Source: Lingula anatina | Lineage: Eukaryota; Animalia; Brachiopoda | Length of the DNA: 64,000 nt | Assembly (NCBI GenBank): GCA_051362555.1 | Contig: CM120646.1 | Coordinates: 16,492,001-16,556,000 of the forward strand | Direction: 5' to 3' | Shown: positions 53,380 through 64,000 of the stretch, in pieces | How the letters are laid out: every line of letters starts with the position of its first letter | Numbering within the stretch: position 1 is the first letter of the stretch | The notes under the pieces: generated by a model | What the model was told of the DNA's origin: nothing | The model's input: only the letters and a program-made list of their open reading frames with translations | Databases searched by the model: none | Made by a program: the position numbers and the translations under genes

Positions 53380-55302
53380 TGATTACGACATAAAGTACCA
53401 ACTGCCATTCGACCATGTCCTGCGCTTCCAGGGCGAGACACACAATAACCTACCCGCAATACTCTGACAAATGCTGTAAATTCGCGGAGAAGGGATGAAA
53501 AGCAGAATAAAGGGTACACATATTATCTGTTGTATAGGTTGTATATGTCACTGTGCATGTGCTTATAACTTAGCTAGCGAAGCTTTCATAACGAAGATGG
53601 GATTGAACTCACATGTGGATTTACTTAGATTTACCATGTATTAATACATGTACATGTGTCTAATGGTACAATCAAGAGTGTCTGCTAAATCATATGCGGC
53701 CACCATTTTACACAGTAGAATATCCGTTTTTCTTTGCAAGTTGCTTTAGTAAATCGAAAATGGAAAAGAAATTATATCCAATTCCTTGGTGTAAACTTAA
53801 TAAGATTCCTCGTTTCATGAGCCATGTGTAATAACCTCTTTTAAACCTGACACGTCTGAGCGGACTCATGTTTTATGTAGTTAAATACAAAAGATAGAAT
53901 ATCATTTTCACACTATCGCAGACACAAGGTGAGATACCTGTAATCACTGAGTTATCTTTTATGCTATGTGCTATTTATGCTGCCGAAGTCACCCTAAAGT
54001 GCACAGTACGTCCTCGGGGACCTTCCATTTATTTAAAAAATGCATTGACACCCTTCGTTTTCTGTCTTTAATCTCGTTGAAAAACAAATAAATTTTGGCT
54101 TCACTAGCATCCAAGAAGTGGGGTAAAAGTTGGCAGAATGGCCGCATGCTATTTTAGCGTTATCTCAACTATTGTTACGACGTATCCGGAAATACCATAA
54201 CTATCTCCAAGAATTTAATGCTCCCACCTGCCTCTTCTTTGCAAATAAAATAAGTGCAACATTACGATTTTATCTCGCAGCATGTTAAAACACCTCGAAA
54301 ACTATTTGTGTGTTCTTTTGTACTTCTTTGTGCTTGATGCAACAACGTTATATATATATTTATATATGATTAAATTAATTAAATTTATTATCCGTTTAAT
54401 GTTTCGTTGTTTTTTAGTCTACAAGACCGAAAATGATGCAGTTTGATGACTGAAATATAATGAAATCTATTTCATGTTGACACTTTTCTTATCAGCTACA
54501 ATGTACCAAGATACTGAAATATGCACGCGTGCCCAAAAGACGTATATAAACAAATAAATAAACCGTAAACTTATGTGCCATTCACACGACTTGACTTACC
54601 CTGGATTAAAAAACTAGGGAATGTATGACAATCAGTTAGACACTCGCATCGTACAGGTAGTCTTCCTCATGACATTCGGAAAAGGTGGTCTGGATTATGA
54701 CATGTCACTATGACATGAATGTGCCTCTAGTAGCTTGCCCCTTTTAACCGAGATATATTTATTTTTGTGATGGCGAATCGGGCAGATCACAGCCTTAATG
54801 ATCTTCATAATTAACACAAAATGCGTAGGCCTAGGAGTCCAAAACATCTTGTTTTGATTTAAACCCACTGTTATGTCGAAAGATAAATCGATACTAGGCA
54901 GCGGTAGCAGTAGTACATGTATAACTTCAGTGGTAGTAGTTGGCCAGTTGCAACTGAAGCAGTATAAACAGCAAAGAATACAGAGCAAATGTATTACTTT
55001 GGTACCATTTCGAACACTCTTCCTCTTGCTTTATTCATAATTCTACCTGGCAATTACAAATGAATAGATACAAGGATGTTTAGGTTGTTAAAACAAGAGG
55101 CCAGTGTAGTGTTCCATGGAAGAACAATTAAGCCTTTACTGATTATTGATTGATAAAACTCTCTCTTCATATCGCGCATGTTATCATGTACCACATTATT
55201 TTTAATATTTACCTTGTTTTGATAGGCATGCTGGCTCATTGTATCGCACTTGGTTGAAGAGTTTCTCAGTTTTATTCTTCGTTTGTCTTTACATTTTCTT
55301 TC

Positions 55303-55345
<43 letters not shown>

Positions 55346-57589
55346 GTCCAAAATCATTATTTGATCTAAAAAGCAATATCCATTGCTAATTTCACCACAA
55401 AAATATTAAGCCGTGCAAATATTTTTCATTTGATAGCGTTATGATACTGTAAAATATTCCGAAGCTAAATAAGGTGGGTCAGATTAATTTTCCAAGCATG
55501 GTGTGACCGTTCCCCCATCTAGTTAGAATGATACATTTGGATGTCAACAAGGTGAAAAATTTAGATCGAAGAGATATATGAAAAGAGCAAAAGAAAGAGA
55601 GAGAGAGACAGATGGAGAAGGTGAGAGAGAGAAGGCGAAGAGAAGAGTAGGCTGGGCGAAGACGAAATACGAATAGAATGATCAAAATAATATGATATTA
55701 AAAATCAAATCAAATGATACAAAATGGAATAAGATGGATGGCATGTGTTTCAGTGACTTGCCTCCAGATCTGCCTTAAGTCTGTCTGTCTGTCAGTCTGT
55801 CCGTCCGTTTGTCTGCCTCTCTGTCTACTGTACGTTCAAGTAACTATTCTCCTGACGAAAAGTGACGTTTTTTCTTCTCATTTCCTTCCCCTATCACAAA
55901 ATGTTATAACTGCCTATTACACAATGCCTAGAATACCCCCTTCATCAAGCTCTCCCGTCCATACCCCTATCTAATTTCTTTATGCTACCACAGGTGGATT
56001 GAGCACTCCTATTTCTCTCACAGTCGGGTGCTCCTCGGCTATAGTAAATCCGCTTATACGGCAGGTGAGTGAACTGCTGATAGGCGTCATGTTTCTGTAT
56101 TTTGCAAGAGCTGACAGTGGCAGAACAATTTTTCAAAATGTTTTGTGGTTGTGAAACCTGGGAGGAACATATCCATGCTTATGTATAGCAACCTCCTGTG
56201 CATTTGCAATAAAATGGATTTCGTAAATCAGCGTCTTCTTTGAAATCCTGAGAAGCAACTTTTGGGGAAAAATAAGCCTGATCACCTTTTCATGGGTTTT
56301 CGCTTGCACGTGTCATTCATCCGCCACAATGTCCGCATACTACATATATATGTACCCGTCGTCGTCTTTAACGGTGATTTTTCGTTGTTTTCTACTTGTG
56401 AAATGGGCAATTGATGAACCAGCATTATGTCTAGCATAATGCAATGACGTTTTAGGTGGGCTAAAAACCCCGTTTTTGTAGAAAAATAATCAGTAAGTCT
56501 TTCAAGAAAAATCCCGGAACCCCAGTTGAAGTATACTTTGTTCGTGTGTTGTAGTACCATTAAAAGCATGTTTATAGCTGTCCAGGTGCCTTAGAAAATC
56601 AGGAAACCGAAAATGATGTTTTTGCCCCAAAAGAACCAACACGATGAACTTGGAGATGTGTTTCAAGGATAAATAGATGTTTTGAAGATGCATTAAATGA
56701 ACGCAATAGGGATAAAAAAAGCTAGGACCTTTAATTTTAGATTTAAGATTTTTAATTTGATTAGAATTATAATGGAAGCTTTAAAATGCAGTTACATATT
56801 CTGCACTTCAATGGATTTGATAACACGACCCTTGATAAAAATGTATGCGTTGTCCATAGTGTTTTGCATCTCATTTTTTCGTTGTTTTTGTCATTGTGTT
56901 AAGCGTTATCATTTCATCTTCAACTTCAGTTACAATGTATTTTACCGGTACACGCATCTCTAGTAGTTTACAATTCGCCACTCACTACTTTTATTTATTT
57001 TCTTTTTTTGATAGGAGTTTGACAATGGCGTCAATTTTTTTCCGATTTGAGATTTCTGCCATCTATTTAAATATTGTTTGGATTGATTGTTGATTAACAC
57101 TAATTTTTAAAATCATTTTATCATTATTAGCGATTTGTATATGCTCAAGTACATGTACATGTAGTAACATCCCGATGTGCAAAAAGAAAAATGACAAAGT
57201 ATCGCAAATTCATGACTCCTGATTTCACCAATTTGCGGTCCGTTTGCAGAAACTTGGACATTTACATAAAGTATACAGACTGAAATCCATACTAAAACAA
57301 TGTGCAACAAATGTTTTATAGGTGCTATGTGCATTTTAATTCAGGTCACCCAACGCTCATAAACAACAAGAATCTCCTTATCCATCCTCATAAATAATGC
57401 TTTATGCGCGAAACTCTTTTTTTTCTGATAGTGAGCAAATCAATTTCTGGTATTTGGTTTTATTTTTTTCCTCATAACATTGAGATAATGAACTATATCA
57501 GAGGAACAAACCGCACTGACGAATTGTTCGCATTGCATTAATTATTACTGAACTAATTGTTGCTCAAGCAATATTTTGTCAAAAGGTGT

Positions 57590-57810
57590 CACTGAGAATA
57601 AAATCGGTGTCAAAGTGACTCCAAACTTGGAGTCTAGCAGTGGTGCCTAAAATAACTCCCAATTGGAGTCAAGCTGACTCCGATGGAGTAACGCCATCCC
57701 AGACCCCACAGAAGGGTCGCAATTGATTCCATTCGCACATCCCTTCATCCCTTGATTTATCTCTACATAAAAGTCACCATGACCCCATATTAATGACTTT
57801 TTGACTCCTT
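57590..57810. mobile_element. Probable CACTA/EnSpm-like element end with GACTCC/GGAGTC subterminal repeats
   Basis: Begins CACTGAGAATAAAA and is followed by several alternating gactcc / ggagtc / aactcc / ggagta motifs. The other terminus was not clearly identified. Confidence 0.35.
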
Positions 57811-59119
57811 GGCTCATTATGGAAAAAATGGCAATCATAGTGCCGCTTTGCCAAGGGTAAATCACCCCAAGGAACCATTCCTGGTTTTCTGGTTTTCTGT
57901 ACCGTTGCCTCGGCATTGTCTATTTGTGGTAAATATAATAATTAGTAATTATAACAGTATGTGAAATCCGATTTTTTGCATGGCTAATTTTAAGTATTGG
58001 GAAAGTAATTTTATATAGCAGATAACATCACCTGCTCCCAGGGACTACCATACCCTCAGATTCCCTAGGATACGTGTACTTTCACTGCATGCTGTTCCTC
58101 AATATAAAACATGCACGTTAATTACTGTCGAGAGTAAAATTAATTTATAAAAAATAAAAAATCGAGTAAAAGTAGGCAACCAAATCACCAAATTTAAAGA
58201 AATTCTGTAGCGTATGAAGGTGTTTAAGAAGTATGTACATATTATACAATTTGATCTTTTTGGTCTTTACTGTATTCCCATGGTGTAAATTAACCCCTTT
58301 CTCTTCCGTGTTGTAAAAGAATCCCCTTCTCTTTTGTATATCATAAAAACCAAATGAGGTTATCATCTACATGTCTAAGTAACAAGGTGACATTTCCGAA
58401 AGGTAGCTTAAGGTTTTCGAAGGGTTACTCAAGTTGAAATGAATGGAATCCAATATTGCTGGATAAGCCAGTGATTATCAGCTTGTTATAACCCAAGACA
58501 TACACAGCTGATTGGCTCCTCGTTCTTCAGCCTGTTAACGGCTTAACCAGCTGACTGACGGAAAATGGAAAACTATACCGTAGTTCTTCAATATAAAACA
58601 TGTGATTGCATATTAAATTGATCTAAAGCAAATCGCCAGCAAATATAAATCCATGCAAAAATGAAAGAAAAAAGCAAGAAAATCAAATCAAAACCCCAGC
58701 AATCCCAGAGACCCTTACTGCATGGATATCTATGCCACCGTGTGGGATTTGACTATTGGTAATAGACATATTAATACAAGTAACAGCATAAGAAATCTTC
58801 CTTTATTGGACGATGATTTTAGTGTAACCAGACACAAAATATCTGTCGGCTATCTGGGGGACATCTATACCCTCCTCAGATATACAATTTCTTTTCTTTC
58901 TTCATTTGTGAGCGTATCTTAATTATGATAGAAATTTCATAGCCTGAAGGGCGTTAAATATTCGTTTACACCCTTTACAGTGCACATGGATGAAAATTCA
59001 TCACTGGTTACGCGAGCAATAAATCGCAAATCACATTTTACGAACGGGCCGCTATGTCACATAGCGCACCATTCACACAGATGGTGCAATACTTTATACG
59101 CCGTCCTGAGCATGCCTTA

Positions 59120-59344
59120 AGCCCCCTTTACACTGGACGGCGTCCTTTCTGCGTCCTTTGTGCGGCCATGAAACTGGCATCGCTGTGGTTGTAGAAAAGA
59201 GGCACGAGAATTGCTTTGGATGCAGAATGAATGTTCAATGACCGCCAGTTGTCGGCAAGTAAAATATTTTTTTTTTTTTTTTTTATCTCAAACGGGGCCG
59301 TACTACGGGACGCAGAGAGGACGCCGTTCAGTGTAAAGGGGGGT
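59120..59344. mobile_element. PIF/Harbinger (Tourist-like) MITE
   Basis: About 39-bp TIRs (AGCCCCCTTTACACTGGACGGCGTCCTTTCTGCGTCC / GGACGCAGAGAGGACGCCGTTCAGTGTAAAGGGGGGT), flanked by TTA at 59117-59119 and 59345-59347. Confidence 0.8.
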
Positions 59345-59663
59345 TTACAGATCTACCTGTCTTTAGAAAACCCCTCTTTTTTCTAATAAATAACTAAATA
59401 ACTTTATCTTCAACTTCATCTTGATACGATTGCTTATTGCAACGAAATTGCATTCATGACAGATACCCCCTGCTGACTGGAAATCTAAGTTAATAAAGTG
59501 AAAATATAAAAAGGAAATTTTAACAATTACATATTTAAAACGTACATGAAGACGCCAAACACTTTAAGAAAGCGCTGTTATATTCAGATTTGATAAAAAT
59601 AAAAAAAGAAGAGCATTTCGTTATACAATATCACCTATTTTTTCACTTTGATATAAGCCATTT

Positions 59664-59951
59664 TTAGAGACAGAATGGGTAAAGGTTATGCAAATCAGGT
59701 ATACCAAAGCCACAGCAGTATAGTAATAATATTGTTAAAAGGACGCTTATAACATGATAAATAGCAGGAGATATTGGTACCAACTAAGTCTTTCCATCCC
59801 CAGAGAATGAAAATGTAGCGTTCCGTTGTTCCTGGTGGCATACTCGACCCAGATCATCACTTCCCATTCTTCGACTGATAGAACAATAGCTGCAACACGC
59901 TGAGCGTTCTCAAAATATTTAGGATTATTTAAAACATTTTGAAGCGTGCCT
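59664..59951 (-). pseudogene. UDP-glucuronosyltransferase (UGT) C-terminal remnant, frameshifted
   Basis: TLQNVLNNPKYFENAQRVA...WVEYATRNNGTLHF...LSWYQYLLL matches the UGT C-terminal consensus (NPSYKENA..WIEYV.RH.GA.HL..LSWYQY). The TM anchor (HVISVLLTILLL) continues only in a shifted frame, and TAA closes the main frame at 59747-59749. No upstream UGT exons were recognised. Confidence 0.75.
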
Positions 59952-61606
59952 CTGTAACAGGAATGGTAGCCTATTACTTTATACAGATGTGATGATGTGG
60001 TTTGAAGAAAAATCATAAATCATGTTTTGGTCAAGTGTTGGTCTTTTTCCGTATTTCCGTAGTAAAAGATATTATTATTTTTCTTTTGGAAGAAATACCC
60101 AGACATCACAAAATCAATAAATACATCATAAATACATCACCTAGGCCTGAGTGGCATAGGTGACATTTCCTAAAAGGTGGTTTAAGGTTTACGAAGGGTT
60201 GTTTAAATTGAAAACAAATTGATCTCATATTGCCGGTTATGCTAGGGCTCAGCTGCATATAACCCGTGGCATAAACGGCTAATTGGACTCGCAGCCGATT
60301 TCCTATACTCATCATCGGCTTGTAAACAGCTGGAAATTGTGCAACGCCAACGTGAGCCACGTGTTTTGAAGATTAAATTTTTCGGCGAATAAAACTTTTT
60401 TTATTCCACATATGATAATAGAAATGGCGATGAATCGCAAATTTGTGACTGGCCTATAACAGCCTGTGCAGGCCATGGTTGTCTTGATAGTTCCCATCGC
60501 AAAATATGTTTCTTGATATAATAATAGGCACATCATGTGTTGTATATGTTATTCGGATTTTATCTGCTGAACAAAGTTTTGATTAGAAATGTGCATGAAT
60601 ACACGAAATGTGCATGAATGATCCAGTCAGTTCAGCCTTCATTTTGACTTTGTTAAAGTTTTGATAAAATCATTCTTTTCTTTAAAAATCTGACTCATCT
60701 ACTGACGGATATAGCACCAACCCTCAGAGATCTTATAGCACTTTTTTTTTACTTATAGCACTAATATAAGGCATGCATATTAATTTTCTTGCATGTAAAA
60801 TTACTTCATAACAAACCATGAAAGAATCAAAATTCATGCAAGAAAGAAAATAACCGAATCATTGTTAACAATAATTCTAATTAAGATTTACAAAGACAAA
60901 AAACCCACTAAAAACAAATATAACACGTTTTAATCTTTAAATTTTACTGCATCTGGAAATGACGAAGTTCTGATGAAGAGCTGATGTTCGATTTATTATT
61001 TACTTTACTTATTGGATATTTCATCAATTTACTCACAAACTTGATATGCATTTGGAAAACGACTGATAATTCAAAGAATATATTTCAGCAGGTTTGCTAA
61101 CCTGAGAGACATTCAGTGAGTTGGTGACAAATTTTCTAGAACAGTTTTTGTGAGTTTGCGGCTGCATCGCAAGAAGTTCGTTGCAGATCCCTGATTTTAA
61201 TACAAATGAAGTTTGTAGTAAGCCTCCTCTGCAGCAAATTCGCAAGAGACCTCAAAAAATTTGCTCTTGCTGATTTGTGCAGTTAAAAGGTGACAGTTTG
61301 CGACATGTGCTAGGACTATTCCTTTAGCAGCTATAGGTGGTACATGTACCAGTTCTAAATTGTAAATACATAGTCAAACTGGTTGTTAGTATTTTTTAAA
61401 TGAACAAGTGCTAATTGGCAACATTATTTCAAAATATGATCCTTAATTATTATGGTAGACTTTGATATTGATTTGCCATCATATTTGGATATTTGTAGTG
61501 TTAGGGGATCTTTGTTTGGCTAAACCGTCATTTAAAGGACAACTGATATTCTCAGTATTGAAGACTAGATTTTATAACATGTGTACAGTGCATCATATTT
61601 TTTAAA

Positions 61607-61680
61607 AGGGGAATTGTCCGGGGGGAATAGTCCGGGGGGGGGAATTGTCCCGGGGGGGGGGGGGGGGATTGTCCTAGAAT
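61607..61680 (+). repeat. G-rich tandem (GGGGAATTGTCC)-like repeat, potential G-quadruplex
   Basis: Four units of G-run plus aattgtcc, aatagtcc or attgtcc. Confidence 0.75.
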
Positions 61681-64000
61681 CTTTAGAACTATGATTCAAC
61701 TAATCAAAATTCTAATTTCAAGAGGGGACCATTGGTGTGATTTTTTTCAGAAATTGAAGGAGGTCAGGACCCCCTGACACCCCCCTGACACCCCCCTAAA
61801 TTCACCACTGCTAATGTTTATCTTATCAAAGAATCCAGGCTTGAGATAATGTGGACAGTTAAACTGATATGAAAAATTTCAAAATAGCCGAACACTCGAT
61901 ACTTTGATCACTTTGAAAGGGATCCTAAGCACAGAGAAGTGACAGTAAAGGAGGAACCTAATGTCTATGATGCGTTTTTTCAGCGATGAAAACTGCTCTC
62001 ACGCGACTCCTTAATAGTCTAAAAGGTCTGGCCGGAAATGCGGTTAAAATTAACATGCTATTCCATTTTTGAGAGTGAAAAATATTGGGAGTGTTATCAA
62101 CATCAACCCAGTTCATAATTTGTATGTACATGCACGTACCGCGGTATATCCTACCTGTGTGTGTGGGCACGGCGAAGTCTCTTGTTTTCTGCTCAAAAAG
62201 TGGTTGCTTTAAAGCTGATGGTTTACACCGACAAAATGACTTGAACTGTGCCTAATCTTCAGAAAATCTGCCCAAATGATGATTTACATCACAAAATAAA
62301 CAAATAGTGAAATCTTATTCAAATATCGGTAAAACAGCGTTAAAATAGGTCTGGAAGTTGATTAGCTACGCGTTCACGTGGTCTGTGACGCAAAAGGTAT
62401 TGAAGGCATCTCATAGGAGAGGGAGCTATCACGCCAAGCTATCGTATTACAGATTATTTATTTCGGAAATCATGTATATAATGTAGGCACAAAAATAAAA
62501 CTGCAAATTAGAAAATTGTTAACCATACACGTGAAATATCAGTAGTTTGTAACTTAAATCCATTCGTCTTGGACAAAAAGTTACTTGTATCCTATATGTG
62601 GTGGGTGACAAAAGTATTGCACTTTTTGCTTGAAGGTGAACAACAGCTGGGTTTGTTAGGTTTTTTAATCAGTATTTTATTGAAAACTGGTTATGCCAAG
62701 TTAGTAACTTTATTCCAGGTTTACAGCTAGACCATGCTATTCTTTAAGGCATGCTATTGTGTCAGTATTAATATTTTTTAGAATAGCCACTTGATCTCAA
62801 CATGGCCTCCATCCTTCTGGACATACATGTAGACTGATGACGGTTCAGTAATCTTTTTTTTTTTCTGGGGGGGGGGGGGGGACGGTTCATATGTCCTAGG
62901 CCTTCACAGCATAAAAACACCTATTGTCTCTGGCACTAGTCTTCTTCTGGTGGCCACTTTTTCTTTTTTTGGTGGCTTATGGGCACTTCACAGCCAAAAG
63001 GGCGTTACACCTTTGATGACACCATTCATAGTGCACATGGTTGAAAGTCCATCACTGCATGGTTACGCAAGCAGTAAACCACGGATCACTTTTCACGAAC
63101 AAGTCCACCATGTCACATAACGCACTAATCAGACAGATGGCGCAATGCTTTTGTCATCCCTCTGTACTTGTAAATCAGAGAGAGGAGATTATATAATATA
63201 GGCCACAAAGGCCATAGGAGAGCAAATTATATCAGATCAGAACAGCTCAGATCGGATTACTGGTAGATGACCTGCTGAATCAGCTTTGTTAATGACCCTC
63301 GTCAGGAACTAATTTTAAAACAGTAAGTCTTATATAAAAAACGGCTGCCTTCTCTTGAGAGCGGCATACTTACATTACCAAGTGGCAGTCGTCCTCCGTC
63401 GTAACAAATCAACATGTTTCTATGTCTACAAACTTCTACGTACTAGTATTGCCAGTTTGTGTAAAGGTACATGTAGCCTTATTATCTTTTAATTTCAAGT
63501 GGAATTGTCTTTGTAAGACATTACTGAAAAGTAACACGGTCAATAAGGTGTCTATATAGCCTGCATTTCCTAGAGGAAAATCTGAAAATAAAGCTTGCTG
63601 TTGAGTATCCATTTACTTCTGATTAACTTGCGACACAGCAGACTTTTCACAGTAATTACTGGGATAAAGCCATTATTCGTTTAAACACGTTTCTATATAT
63701 ACATGTACCTCAGCAACCCAGCTACCAGAGGATGGTTTAGGCCAATTTTCACTCTCATTATAGGTCAAACATTCTTGTTAAATACAGATGTTAGTTTTCC
63801 TCAATTTCATCCAATATTTAACCATTCTTACTTTCCTTGTACAAAGCGCGTGAAGATGAATTTTGGATAAATCATTAGGCCACGGGTTGAACTTTTAACC
63901 CCTAAAATAAATTTTCCACTGTCCATGCAATATCCGGTGCAACTTGTTGACATTGTTTTCACATCTATACATATGAGATGTACATGTATGTAATTAGCGA

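Larger units (their letters stand above)
58300..60292 (+). repeat. Diverged direct repeat of about 230 bp (58300-58525 and 60050-60292)
   Basis: Shared ggtgacatttcc..aaaggt..ttaaggttt.cgaagggtt...atattgc.gg...tataaccc...cata.ac.gct.attgg. Confidence 0.7.
58936..63151 (+). repeat. About 160-bp dispersed repeat (58936-59095 and 62987-63151)
   Basis: Shared aagggcgtta...acacc...agtgcacatgg.tgaaa...catcactg..ggttacgc.agca.taaa...acgaac...atgtcacata.cgcac...acagatgg.gcaat.cttt. Confidence 0.8.

Overview
AT-rich eukaryotic (animal, mollusc-like by inference) genomic DNA with GT-AG introns, microsatellites and many decayed repeats. I saw no prokaryotic operons, CRISPR arrays, rRNA or tRNA genes. 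Two intact genes sit tail-to-tail at about 47-53 kb: a 5-exon cytosolic sulfotransferase (+, 319 aa as I assembled it) and a class A orphan GPCR with a single coding exon (-, about 331 aa) and altered activation motifs. A frameshifted UDP-glucuronosyltransferase C-terminal remnant lies at about 59.7-60.0 kb. The most interesting non-coding signal is a set of small fold-back elements carrying minimal type I hammerhead-ribozyme cores of the Penelope-like-element kind (43057-43476 with two inverted copies, 12357-12537, and more decayed copies). Also notable are a tight cluster of TAGGCCTA palindromes at 1.15-2.1 kb, an excess of TACATGTA, several MITEs, local duplications and some orphan exon-like segments. 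Almost all of the short ORFs in the supplied track look spurious.
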